From Eledone cirrhosa (Eukaryota): DNA of 64,000 nt. Position 1 is the first letter of the stretch, and each line of letters starts with the position of its first letter. Both the position numbers and the translations under genes were made by a program. The DNA is taken from contig OZ024760.1 of the NCBI GenBank assembly GCA_964016885.1, positions 7,688,001 to 7,752,000 of the forward strand. The letters are read 5' to 3'. Below the pieces are notes generated by a model. It had not been told where the DNA came from, did no database searches, and saw only the letters and a list, made by a program, of their open reading frames with translations. Below are positions 1 through 12,109 of this stretch, piece by piece.

Positions 1-166
1 AAAGTAAAGGCTTTACCCCACATAATATCAAATCTATGAGATTTTGATATTTATTTTGAGGACAATACCTTAACATAGGTATGAGTGGCCGGTTACGGCC
101 AGTTTGAAGAGAAAGTGGTAAGAGAATTCTGGCTCGATACGGGCGGTTTAAATGCTAAAGGGTTAG
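1..166. mobile_element. piggyBac-like MITE, truncated by the window edge
   Basis: Ends TTTAAATGCTAAAGGG; same body as the complete copies at 8790 and 38879. Confidence 0.7.
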
Positions 167-329
167 TCTCACTTTGAATTGGCAAATTTTACCAAGGAAA
201 ATAAGAGTTGTTAAAACGTCAGTATGTTTTGCAGTATTCGTTTCGTCTCTGCTTTCTCGGGTTCAAATCCCACCAAAGTGAATTTTGCCTTTCATTCTTT
301 CAATTTCTTCTATCCTTCTCCAAGAAATG

Positions 330-460
330 CTGTATGCCACTACGGTACCCCTACGACTCCATCAGGTGTTAAAGGACCATACCATACCAAGGAAAACACT
401 GACATTTGAAATGAGATGCTACAGAAAATTCATGGGCCTCTCCTACACACAACATCAATA
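330..460 (+). mobile_element. Old RTE-type LINE fragment
   Basis: Translation RKTLTFEMRCYRKFMGLSYTQH resembles the RTE post-RT motif AFEMWCYRRML-x-ISW. Confidence 0.45.
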
Positions 461-558
461 CATTGCATTTCCCTGATTCTCTTAACAGTTATTCAATATT
501 TCTACTAAAAGTATATTTCATATACTTAAAAATCACCATATTTTGGGGGGGTTTATAA

Positions 559-930
559 CAGCAGTCGCCAACCTTTCAAACCTCACAGACCACTAAATTC
601 ATAATTAAAAATGCCCTGGACAACTAATATGAATTTTTTTAAAAGGGTAAATATTATTTGTAAAAAAAAAAATCAGAGAACTTCCATTTTATTAAACAAT
701 ACTGAAACGTACGGGTGTCATATTGTCGATAGATGATACATATATGTAAAATTCTTTCATGTATGTTAGTTTGTTACTGAGGAGAAACATTTTTTTAGGA
801 GTGTTATAAAATATATTTTAACCAAATATTATTTTTGCTTTATTATAAACAAAACACAAAAATTAAAAATGTCAAAAAAAATTTGCAGACCACCAAAATT
901 TTCTCTCGGACAACCGGTTGGCACCTGCTG
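559..930. mobile_element. hAT (Charlie/Buster-like) MITE
   Basis: Termini CAGCAGTCGCCAACC ... GGTTGGCACCTGCTG; perfect 8-bp TSD GTTTATAA. Confidence 0.85.
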
Positions 931-1043
931 GTTTATAAGATACACTTTTTTTTTTAATTTCAAAATCCTCTTGTGTCCTATACATCCAATAAAAATATTA
1001 CATACAACTTTTTCTCAAAAGTATAGATAGAGCTTATATAAAT

Positions 1044-1236
1044 GCGAGGATAGACTGAAAAGTTCATAGACTGACTATGATGGAGTGATGCTAGTGTTGT
1101 GAAATCTTGCAAGCATTAATTTCAACTCTTAATAACTGCATTGTTTCTTTCCAGAGACTATGTTGAAAAATAAACTTTATTAGGTCATTCCATCAGAGTA
1201 TCTTGGTCAGCCTACAAACTTTTCAGTGAACCCTAG
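1044..1236. mobile_element. mariner-like MITE; related pieces at about 12450-12710 and 21940-22115
   Basis: Imperfect TIRs CGAGGATAGACTGAAAAGTT ... AACTTTTCAGTGAACCCTAG; shared internal GTGAAATCTTGCA and GTTGAAAAATAAAC blocks. Confidence 0.6.
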
Positions 1237-1316
1237 TACATTTATGATGTATCTTATACACCTCCATGCACCCAAAAAAATACAGTAATCTTTTTTTTAA
1301 AAAAAGTTTTTCTTAC

Positions 1317-1361
1317 CACGTCTGTTGATGACTTTTTCAACTTGGTCCTATCAATTTTCAT
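1317..1361 (-). CDS. HUWE1: First coding exon segment of HECT E3 ubiquitin ligase HUWE1 (MKIDRTKLKKSSTDV). Whole exon is 1405-1317; the gene continues left of the window.
   Basis: Minus strand reads ttgttttgtttttag|AAACAC...CAAC ATG AAA ATT GAT AGG ACC AAG TTG AAA AAG TCA TCA ACA GAC GTG|gtaaga. Acceptor and donor are canonical and an in-frame upstream TGA fixes the start. The 15 aa match the HUWE1 N-terminus as recalled (human MKVDRTKLKKTPTEA). Confidence 0.88.
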
Positions 1362-1473
1362 GTTGAATCGACAGTTTGATCTTCAATCATTTGATTCATG
1401 TGTTTCTAAAAACAAAACAACACAGTTTAGTTTTATAAGACAGAACAGAAACAGAAAGAAAATATATTTAGCT

Positions 1474-3243
1474 CACTGATTCCCAACGTGGGGTGCACAC
1501 CCCATGGGGGAGCAATTTGAAAATGTTAATGAGAAACACTTAAGGTTTTACTTTATTACTTTTACACCAAGAAAACTTTGGTACAGATTACTGTAAGAAA
1601 CTCCTGCCACACCTCCTCCACCACGTTATTGTGTATCTGGCAACACCTATATGGTACACATTACTGTCAGGAACTCCTGTCTCACCTCCTCCACCACGTT
1701 ATTGTGTATCTGGCACCACCTATATGGTACACATTACTGTCAGGAACTCCTGTCTCACCTCCTCCACCACGTTATTGTGTATCTGGCACCGCCTATATGG
1801 TACACATTACTGTAAGAAACTCCTGCGTCACCTCCTCCACCACGTTGTATCTGGCACCGCCTATATGGTACACATTACTGTCAGAAACTCCTGTCTCACC
1901 TCCTCCACCACGTTATTGTGTATCTGGCACCACCTATATGGTACACATTACTGTCAGAAACTCCTGCCACACCTCCTCCACCACGTTATTGTGTATCTGG
2001 CAACACCTATATGGTACACATTACTGTCAGGAACTCCTGTCTCACCTCCTCCACCACGTTATTGTGTATCTGGCACCACCTATATGGTACACATTACTGT
2101 CAGGAACTCCTGCCACACCTCCTCCACCACGTTATTGTGTATCTGGCAACACCTATATGGTACACATTACTGTCAGGAACTCCTGTCTCACCTCCTCCAC
2201 CACATGTTATTGTGTATCTGGCACCACCTATATGGTACACATTACTGTCAGGAACTCCTGTCTCACCTCCTCCACCACATGTTATTGTGTATCTGGCACC
2301 ACCTATATGGTACACATTACTGTCAGGAACTCCTGTCTCACCTCCTCCACCACATGTTATTGTGTATCTGGCACCACCTATATGGTACACATTACTGTAA
2401 GAAACTCCTGCCACACCTCCTCCACCACATGTTATTGTGTATCTGGCACCACCTATATGGTACACATTACTGTCAGGAACTCCTGTCTCACCTCCTCCAC
2501 CACATTATTGAGTATCTGGCACCACCTATATGGTACACATTACTGTCAGGAACTCCTGTCTCACCTCCTCCACCACGTTATTGAGTATCTGGCACCACCT
2601 ATATGGTACACATTACTGTCAGGAACTCCTGTCTCACCTCCTCCACCACATTATTGAGTATCTGGCACCACCTATATGGTACACATTACTGTCAGGAACT
2701 CCTGTCTCACCTCCTCCACCACATTATTGAGTATCTGGCACCACCTATATGGTACACATTACTGTCAGGAACTCCTGTCTCACCTCCTCCACCACATGTT
2801 ATTGAGTATCTGGCACCGCCTATATGGTACACATTACTGTCAGGAACTCCCGTCTCACCTCCTCCACCAAGTTATTGTGTATCTGGCAACACCTATATGG
2901 TACACATTACTGTCAGGAACTCCTGTCTCACCTCCTCCACCACATGTTATTGAGTATCTGGCACCGCCTATATGGTACACATTACTGTCAGGAACTCCTG
3001 TCTCACCTCCTCCACCACATGTTATTGTGTATCTGGCACCACCTATATGGTACACATTACTGTCAGGAACTCCTGTCTCACCTCCTCCACCACATGTTAT
3101 TGTGTATCTGGCAACACCTATACACCAATTTGTTTACACTTTGCAGTTGATCATTGCTGTTTTCATATCATCATATCAGGGGGGGGGGGTAATTGTTTAG
3201 ATGTTGAGGTGGGGCATAGTATACAAAAGGTTGGAAACCACTG
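1474..3243. mobile_element. hAT MITE containing an internal minisatellite
   Basis: CACTGATTCCCAAC ... GTTGGAAACCACTG; flanks ATTTAGCT/ATTTAGAC (6/8 match). Confidence 0.65.
1578..3122. repeat. 73/75-bp minisatellite, about 21 copies
   Basis: Unit TATGGTACACATTACTGTCAGGAACTCCTGTCTCACCTCCTCCACCAC(AT)GTTATTGTGTATCTGGCACCACCTA, repeated head to tail. Confidence 0.97.
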
Positions 3244-3446
3244 ATTTAGACCATTATGATCTAATCAGAAACAGTGTGGATCTAGTTTAGAATAGGTATA
3301 CTGCATCCCTGCATTTCATATGAAGTACTCATGGGTCTCGAATAATTGTTCCCCCTTCCCTATCAAATTTTGTTTATCTCTGGCAAAATTTTATTTCAAA
3401 TGGTAGCATTCCTGTGACAATTTCCTTTAGACAAAAAACATTCAGT

Positions 3447-3700
3447 GATGGCTGAGTGCTTAGAGAATTGGATTGGTAATCATGAGGTTGTGAGTTCGAC
3501 TCCCAGATTGGGAGATGCGTTATATCCTTGAGCAAGACATTATTTCACGTTGCTCCTTCTGCCTGGATTTGCAACTGACAGATAGTATTAGCAATTGGAA
3601 AGATGAATGGAAACATTGTTTCCTCGGTCCGAATTGACGAGCTCCACCCAACTCGTTAAGCAAATAAGATCTGGGATCTTGTCAATCAACTATCGATATA
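3447..3700 (+). mobile_element. tRNA-derived CORE-like SINE, tail type B; also 39585-39806 (-) and tail only at 31005-31115
   Basis: B-box GAGTTCGACTCC, CORE-like CCTTGAGCAAGACA, tail GATAGTATTAGCAATTGGAAAG...GAAACATTGTTTCC. Confidence 0.65.
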
Positions 3701-6437
3701 TGATTTTTTTTTAAATACATTACTAGAAATCCCATACATTATAAAATAAATAGGATGGGCTGGGATCTGAATATATAAATTAAACAATTAATTGTTTGTT
3801 TTTTAATATCAATGGAAACAACCTAGAAAGATCACCGATTTTCCAACCCACCCGCAATCTATTGTTTGGGATCCGAGAGTAACTACTTAAAAGGTCAAGT
3901 CACATCAGGTAAGCCATCTGGCTGCAAAACATTGCCTTAAAAACCACCTGCACCTTGGAGACCAATGGTTACAGTAGGTGAAAGTTTTTGTTTTTATGTT
4001 AACCTTTTAGCATTTACATTACTCTATATTTACTATTATATTTTCATAGTAATATCGAATCTATTTTGAAAACAATAGTCTGTTTATATTTTCATGTGAG
4101 CTTTGTATATTGCTTTAAAGAAACATCCCTTATATTGAAATGACAAGTCAGTTTTTCCTTTTGTGTGGAATAATATAGGATATTAAATAGATTTAGACCT
4201 TGTGTGGAATAATATTTATAGGTTATTAAATAGATTTAGTCCTTAGTGTGTTTTATCACAATGCTAATGATAGATTGTCAAAATTATTTCAGTGAAATGT
4301 TTTAGGCAGATTAGTCTAAATAGCTTCCTAACCAGATTAGCCGGTCTTTTTCTGTGGCTGCTTTCCCAATTTTTACTTTAGATAAAACAAACTTTTGGCA
4401 CTTATTCACAATTCATCTAACATTCTCTTCAATTTGCTATATAATCTTAGTGTTTTCAAGAGTTTTCAATTACAAGAAACTATATTTTCTGCTTACCCTA
4501 TCAAGTACAGCATACAAGACTAGTTTGGTTTTAAATTTTACGAAGTTTAAATGACTGATAAGTTTCAGAAAGCCGGTATAATCTAATAGAAATATATAAA
4601 GAGCAAAGGATGGCAAATAAAACAAAATGTTTTACCCAGTATATTTCAACATGATATTTCAGGGCTATTACCCTCTTTTCAAATGTAAAACAAAATGGGT
4701 GATTGATGTGTTCTTCTCTAACTAGGTTCAATTCCAAGAAAGCTTTACTAAATTTCACTGTATTGATAAAATTGTATTATCTTTACTTCTGTACACAACT
4801 AAATAAAATATTAGTGTCTCCAGTGGCATATCTAGTGTGTGCCATCTGGAGCAATCCTTGAGTTTGGACCCTCCCTCCTTGGGTTGCAGAGTGACTCCTT
4901 AAAGTTATATATCTTCTTCACTCACTTATTCTTGAGAAAATCAAGGATCGTCATGTGTGGGGTCTTAAGATGCATATTCCAGAGGATACTGAGGAAAGGA
5001 TCCTCACACACCATCCAAAGGGTCCTACAAGAAGCAATTGTCTTCAAATGAGCATAGATCTTAAATTCTTGATCAGTTTGTTTCACTCTTCGCACATGTA
5101 GCAACATTAACAGTAATTCGGTTGGAAAATCCGCAGTAATATTATTATATTTGGAACTTGAAGGCAGTGGATTGGCAGTAGTAGTGGTAGAGCATTGGAC
5201 AACATGCTTTGTAGCATAAAGTTACAGCCCTGTTGGAGGAACCCCTTCCTGATTGACCTCCACCTCTTTCTGTTTTAAGTCATGTCTTTATGGGTGTAAC
5301 TGTACTCATCATGCTTGGTCAATTGCAGGTTATGAGGTTATTTAACCCATAGTTGGGGTAGATGGCCATTGACTGAGGAGTTCATGTGCCCTTTTCAATA
5401 TCATATTTCTAATGAACAACAATACCTATGGCTTTCAAATTATTTTTAAAACAATCCAGTCTCTGTTGTCTTTAGAACATAATTGAAAGGTTCTTAGATA
5501 AAATTATAATGGAAGGCTTTTAAATAAATCTAACCACTTTGCTCAAGAATGCAGCACAGCCTGGTCCATGAATCAAATCCATGTCCATATGACCACGAGT
5601 CCAACAAACCAACCGAATAATTCTGTATCTTCCTCAATGATTCTCTTTAATGTCTTGAGAGGTCTTCAGTGTTTGCGTTTCACATTAGTGGGTTCCCATA
5701 GTAAAGGTTTCATAGCAGGTTTGTTGCTTTTCATGACATGACCTGGAATCAATCTTACTGTATTCCTGTGAATCCTTGATCAGTGACAACACCTATCACC
5801 AAAGTTTTAAATCTTGCTACACCTGAATGTTAAGAAGGATACAGCAACCTCCTGCCCATTAGCCATACCATTTGTATCAGGTATCTTCAACTTTCAAATT
5901 ATCTAAACCCTTTTTAATCTTCAAATTGGATCTAAGTATAAACGTTGATGCATTACTACCCACCCATTAGAATAACTTGAGACACTTAAAATGATTTAAT
6001 TACAGTTATTTTCATTCCACCATCATCTGCTGAGATGGTCACCAGATTCAATTTTTATATCTATTTTCTCCAAGCTCCAATGGACTGAACAAATCCGACA
6101 TGACTGTGGTTTCATGACCCTGGGGTTTCAGATGCCATTCCTCTACGCAGCACCTCCGACAAATCCCTTGTGAATGAATTTGATAACAAAAACTGTAAAG
6201 AACCCGTACGTGCGCGTGTTTACTACATGCAATTTTCATACCATTTAAAACAACCAATGCTTGTTTATGTCCCGCATAAACACCATGTCCCACAGAATAG
6301 CAGTTCAACGACAATGAGGTATCAGAAAGAGCCTCCATCCATTAAAAACTACCTGGAAAAATCTAATCTGTCCTATACCAGCATGGAAAAGTAAAGCAAA
6401 TGATGATGCCCTATTATACCTATTCAAGAATGATCAA

Positions 6438-7054
6438 CTGTATATACTTGTATATAAGTCCAGAAATATGTAACAGAAAGGTTTATGTAAAATGAGGATA
6501 GATTATATTCAAGGTTATTTTGCTGTACTGTATACACTCATAAGCTGAGAAATATGTATATGTGACAGAAAAATATATGGCAAATTGGGGAGGGTTATTC
6601 AAGGTCAAAATTTTGCTGCACTGTATACACATGTATATAAGCTGAGAAATAAATTGGTGGTAAAATGGGAGGTCAATATTTTGCCAATTTTCACTAACTT
6701 CAAAATTGTACATAAAACAAAGTGCTAAAATATTTTCACTTTGGAAGTGAATATTACACCAGTTTCGCTTTCAATGGGAAATTCATATTTCCTATTGTTT
6801 GTGATGTTTTGATGAATATGGCCTCCAAAACAGTTGGAAATCGGTTTTAAAATAGTATTGCGTTGTGAAAAAAAATATACACTAAACGACACTTTAAACA
6901 TTTTAAATATCAAAACTTCATAAACATTCTCCACCCATGAGAATTTCAAAACTGCACGATGTTGATTAGCTGCCTCAGATTATAAACAGGATTTAGATTT
7001 TTAACCATTTCTCAGACAAAATATGGGGTCGGTTTATATTCAAATATATACGGT
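6438..7054. mobile_element. Tc2/pogo-like non-autonomous element; related copy at 9257-9460
   Basis: Ends (C/T)GTATATACTTGTATATAAG ... TTATATTCAAATATATACGG-TA; internal GATTAGCTGCCTC block shared with the 9257 copy. Confidence 0.55.
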
Positions 7055-7063
7055 AAGTATATA

Positions 7064-7621
7064 CAGGGTGTTTCAAAAAATTAGGTATCATGAGATGTAA
7101 ATATTCCAGAAACTACTACATATTGTGAATTAGTGTTATAATGTTGACAAACCTTGAAGAATAAATCTTATGTTGCTTAACATTAACCCTCTCTATATTT
7201 ACTATATATTTTCATGGTAAATCCTTTATTTCACAGTATCGAATCTATGAGAATTTGATATTTATTTTGAGAACAATACTTTAACCCTTTAACATTTACA
7301 TTACTCTATATATATACTACTATTATTTTCACAGTAAAGTCTTTACCTCATATAATATCGAATCTATGAGATTTTGATAATTTATTTTGAGAATAATACC
7401 CTAACATCAGTATGAGAGACCAGTTACAGCCAGCAGCTTGTATAGAAAAGGGTGAGAGAATTCTAGCCAGATACAGCCAGTTTAAATGCTGGCCACAACA
7501 ATGCCATCAAAGGTACAACCTCCATATGTGGGATGTCGGTGATTTTAGCCTTATTATCCTAAACTGTAGTTTCTGGGATATTTACATCTCAAATGATATC
7601 TAATTCTTTTAAAACACCCTG
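7064..7621. mobile_element. Tc1-like MITE with nested piggyBac-like MITE pieces (about 7184-7490)
   Basis: TA-CAGGGTGTTTCAAAAAATTAG...GAGATGTAAATATTCCAGAAACTAC mirrored by GTAGTTTCTGGGATATTTACATCTC...AAAACACCCTG-TA. Second, interrupted copy starts at 9083. Confidence 0.75.
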
Positions 7622-7983
7622 TATATTTTCTCAAATCTTTCTTGGCTTACTTCTGCCACAAGTGCCTATCAACAACACTGCACCTCTTCACCTAACATAA
7701 ATCAACCCACTCAGGCTAAAATGTCAAAAGCCAACATAATCCAATAATCAGCTCTCCTGCCTGTATACCATTCAACAACACAAAGAATATAGCAGCACCA
7801 TAGAGAGATTTTAATAATACAAGTTCTGTTTATAAACAACTTTCAACATTTAATAACAGAACAAATTGTAACGATCACAAAACAAAAACGAAATTTTGAA
7901 GACTAAATAATAATAAATTGAACACTATAAATACTTGAGGGGGCAGGATACTGCACTCTTATTTTTTCAACTATTATCTATAG

Positions 7984-8303
7984 CAACATTTCTCAACCGG
8001 TGATCCCTGGAAGCCAAGGGTTCCACAAGAAGTTGGTAGGTGTTCCATGAGAAACAGTGATAAATAAGCTAATAAATTTTTAAGTAATTTTTGTTTAATT
8101 TTATATTCGTAATTTTACTAAACAAGTATGACATATTGTTGGAAAATCCTTGGTTATTATAATAAAAGCATCAACCTCTTATATTATTCATAAAAAAATA
8201 TAAAAAAGAAATAGATATTAATATTCGGTATATAATAATTTTTATGTAGGGGTTCCCTACTATTTCAAGAGTTCCACAAGAGCAAAAGGGTTGAGAAATG
8301 CTG
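7984..8303. mobile_element. hAT MITE
   Basis: CAACATTTCTCAACC ... GGTTGAGAAATGCTG; perfect TSD ATCTATAG. Confidence 0.85.
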
Positions 8304-8317
8304 ATCTATAGTGATGA

Positions 8318-8730
8318 AAGTGGTAGATTGGCAGAATTGTTAGCGAGTTAGACAAATGGGTAGCAATATTTGTTACAGCTCTACTATGACGGGAGTTCAA
8401 ATCCCATCAAAGCCAACTGCCTTTCATCCTTCCAAGATCAATAAAATTAAGGACCAGTCAAGTGCTGGGATTGATATAATCGACTTTCCTCTCCTCAAAA
8501 ATTATTGGCCTTGTGGTTATTAGGACGGTAGATTGGCAATATTGGTAGAGCATTAGACAACATGCATTGAGGCATATAGTTACGGTCTTCTATGTTCTAA
8601 GTTCAAATCCTGCTGAGGTTAGCTTTGCATTTCATCCTTACTAGTTGGATAAAGTACCAGTAACATACTGGGGATGATTTAATCAACCTCCACCCTAAAA
8701 CTTTTGGCTTTGTAACTAAATCAAATCATT
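8318..8730 (+). mobile_element. Two tandem copies of a tRNA-derived SINE (GCCTTTCATCC...GTCGATAAAATAAAGTACCAG family)
   Basis: A-box-like TGGCAGAAT..GGTAGAGC, B-box GTTCAAATCC, common body, GGCCTTGTGCC end. Confidence 0.7.
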
Positions 8731-8789
8731 ATTTATACTTATTTTAGTCATTTGCACTGGGATAACATTTCAAATTTTATTAATGCCCA

Positions 8790-8995
8790 TTAACCCTTTA
8801 GCATTTACATTACTCTATATCTACTATCGTATTTTGGGGGTAAAGGCTTTACCTCACAATTATCTCACATCATATCAAATCTATGAGATTTTGATATTCA
8901 TTTTGAGAACAATACCTTATCGGTACGAGTGGCCAGTTACAGAAAGAGGTGAAATCATTCTGGCCAGATACGGTTAGTTTAAATGCTAAAGTTAA
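8790..8995. mobile_element. piggyBac-like MITE
   Basis: TTAA-CCCTTTAGCATTTA ... TAAATGCTAAAG-TTAA. Confidence 0.8.
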
Positions 8996-9974
8996 CTAGA
9001 TATCTAAAAGAAAAAAAATGTTCCCATGACCAAACATCCATAAACAAAAAAACAGGCATGTATTCTCATATCTTCCACAATACAGGGTATCTAAAAAAAT
9101 TAGATATCATTTGGGATGTAAATATCCCAGAAACTACAAAGTCTAGAACAATGAGACTAAACAGACTTAATGTTGACCAGCATGAGATTTATTTCTCAAA
9201 ATTTGAATGTGAAATTCAAAAGAATGTGGATTCCATGAACAATTTCTGAGATATTTACCATATATACTCGAATATAAGCTGAATGTGTGTGGGGAGGGGG
9301 GGGGGGGGGTCTATGGTAAAATGCGTGAAGTGGTGTCGGCTTATATTCACCACCTAAAAAATGTATTGATTAGCTGCCTCGGCTTATAAATGGGATTTGG
9401 ATTTTTGCCCATTTCTCAGGCATAAAGTAGGGGCGTGACTTATATTCAAGTATATATAATATATCCAGGTTTTTAGAATAGGTGCAATGTATCCCAACAT
9501 GGCCACGAGAAGTAATTAGACAATTTTGGTGATTATTTACTTTCTAAGACAACTGTTGAATATTTCCTTTTTTTGGAAAACTGCCCTATCTATTTCATTT
9601 ATTTTTTTAAACAGTAACAAATGTTTTGTTCACATAAAGTCATAGACTCAGCGGAGACGACAAAGGAATGTGACAAGTGGAGAGATGTTCTGCAGAAAAG
9701 GGCCCATCCAATCCTTGTGAACGTGGAAAAATGGACGTAAACATGATAATGATGATATGGTAAATTCTGAAATACATTTAAATTTGTCACATCACTTCAT
9801 TTTACACTGCAATCAATCACAGCCCTTCTTTTACTAAATAAATATCTGAGAGAAGCACTTATTTTAGGCCAGAGGTTCTCAAACTTTTTTTACCACCGCT
9901 CAAGGACACACCTGTCAAGTGCTGGGATTGATATAAACGTTTTTGACCACCGCCCCCGCTCAATCATAATGTTT

Positions 9975-10745
9975 ATCATCATCATCATCATCAGGTTTAG
10001 CGTCCGTGTTCCACGCTTGCATGGGTTTGGACGGGGGTTTTCCCACTTGAGGCAAGAGTGGTTGTCTTGCTCGCATAGGACTGTCTGGCGGGTTTTCTAC
10101 AGTTGGATGCCCTTCCTAACACCAACCACATTTACAGTGTGGGGCTGGGAGGTTTTTACCGTGTTGCCTACACGGCCACATTACAGCGTGGACTGTCTGG
10201 CGGGTTTTCTACAGCTGGATGCCCTTCCTAACACCAACCACATTTACAGTGTGGGGCTGGGAGGTTTTTACCGTGTTGCCTACACGGCCACATTTACAGC
10301 GTGGACTGTGTGTTTTTTGTCGTGACACCTACACGATCTCATTTGTTTCGGCCTGGATGTTGTGGGACCAACATAACTTTACATTGAAAGGGGCGGTGTG
10401 GGTGGGGTGGAGGTGGTGGAACGGGGGTGTGTTTTGATAGAGATGCCTACTGACTGTAGTAGGTTTTTACTTTGTATTTAGGTAAGGCGGGTCTTCTCTA
10501 TTACTGAGTACCGCCAAAGGTCTCGGTCCAGTGACATTGTCTTGGAGAGGTGTAAGCGTGTGAGGTCGGAATTTATCAGCTCGTCCCATGTTTTTCTGGG
10601 TCTGCCTACTCCGTGGCTACCGTCTATCTTTATTGCCCTGCACTTTGTTATACAGCTGTCGTCTTTCATGCGCATCACGTGACCGTACCAACGTAGCCTT
10701 CTCTCGAGTAAACAACATCTGATCCCTCTTATTTCTAATTTTGTC
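9975..10745 (-). mobile_element. RTE LINE 3' end with 3' UTR and (ATG)n tail
   Basis: [15 protein letters not shown]...GRPRKTWDE...DRDLWR on the minus strand; internal tandem duplication of about 110 bp in the UTR. Confidence 0.85.
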
Positions 10746-10930
10746 GCTAATTTTCTCCTTTTTCATTACATTTCACCGTAATGCAGTTAATATATAATAT
10801 CGTCTTTTTTAAGTGTATCATGGATTACTTTACTGCTAACAGAAGACAGTGTAACACAGCCTCTCTTCTTCAATTTCTGTACATATTGTCAATTAAGATT
10901 TTATTTGATGTATCATATCTACATACATGT

Positions 10931-11262
10931 ATTTCATTTTACGTCCACTTTTCCCTGCTTGCAAGGGTGGGACGGGAACTGATTCTGGCTTGATTTCTAC
11001 AGCTGGATGCCCTTCCTAACACCAACCTCATTTACAGTGAGTGCTGGGTGCTTTTTTTTGCCGTGGCACCTCCACGTCCACTTTGCAGTGGAATGATAGA
11101 GAACCCAGTCCCTTTCATCTCATTTCTACAGCTGAGTAAACTGGAGCAATGTGAAATAAAGTGTCTTGCTCAAGGAAACAACACATCACCCGGTCTGAGA
11201 ATTGAACTCACAACCTTTCGATTGCAAGGCTAATGCTCTAACCACTAAGCCATGTGCTTCCA
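10931..11262 (-). mobile_element. CORE-like SINE, tail type A (RTE-derived 3' end)
   Basis: Near-identical to 49893-50222 and 52165-52495: tRNA head, CCTTGAGCAAGACACTTTA, tail CCCTTGCAAGCAGGGAAAAGTGGACGTAAAATGA. Confidence 0.8.
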
Positions 11263-12109
11263 TATCATATCAATATGCACACTAGACATGCTAGCAGAAA
11301 ACCACTTGAAGGGTGGTTTTTCTGCTAGTAATATATAATAAATAAAATCATTAATTTATATATAATAAATATATACAATGTATAAATAAATAAATATATT
11401 TTTTATTTTACTATATTTATATGTAATATGTATGATTGGATATTTAATATACTATTATATCATCTCAACTGCACCACCACCTCCTTAGGCCCCAGTGCCC
11501 ACTCCCCCTTCCCCGGGAGGGGGGAGGGTTAGCAGCCTCATTGAGAAGCACTGTTTTAGGCAATCACACAATTCTTAAAACTTTCTCAAACTACCGAGCT
11601 AGTTAACTATCCTAATCAATAATCCACTTCCTTACTGCTTACAACTATATCTAGGGATTTTTGTTTTTCTTTGTGACGAACTGGATTATACATATTTTAA
11701 ATACTTCAAACCTTCTCGAGTTCAGCATGACCTTTGACATTGAACACAGTATCTGGGACAGTACTGACTTATTGTATACCTATTGCTTTCTCTGCAATCA
11801 ATACTCCTATTCTATCTCACCACCATTGACTTTGAACACCTATACCTACATATATTACCTACCAATAGACTTGTATATTTTTAGCATGTACACATTTATT
11901 TATTTATATTTATATAAATAAATAAATGGTCCTGAATTTTTGCATATACACACACACAAACACTCATGCTTGTGTAAACATAGATTATACATATAGCTAC
12001 TTTGTGTGTGTAGTTCTATAAATATTTCCATGGTCAGACACCAAACAAGATGTAATAAAATACTTTCACTCACTGCCTCCGTCTCTCTCGCTCTCCCCAT
12101 CATTCACTA

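Larger units (their letters stand above)
9870..11553. mobile_element. hAT MITE with nested RTE 3' fragment and SINE
   Basis: CAGAGGTTCTCAA ... TTGAGAAGCACTG; perfect TSD TTTTAGGC at 9862-9869 and 11554-11561. Confidence 0.75.

Noticed and set aside
1578-3200. Overlapping repeat ORFs or a CRISPR-like array
   Set aside because: Head-to-tail units with no unique spacers and no cas genes, in eukaryotic intronic context.
6048-6394. 96-aa minus-strand ORF after a TTTTTCCAG acceptor-like site
   Set aside because: No recognisable domain and no donor found; only a faint, unconvincing resemblance to a transposase.
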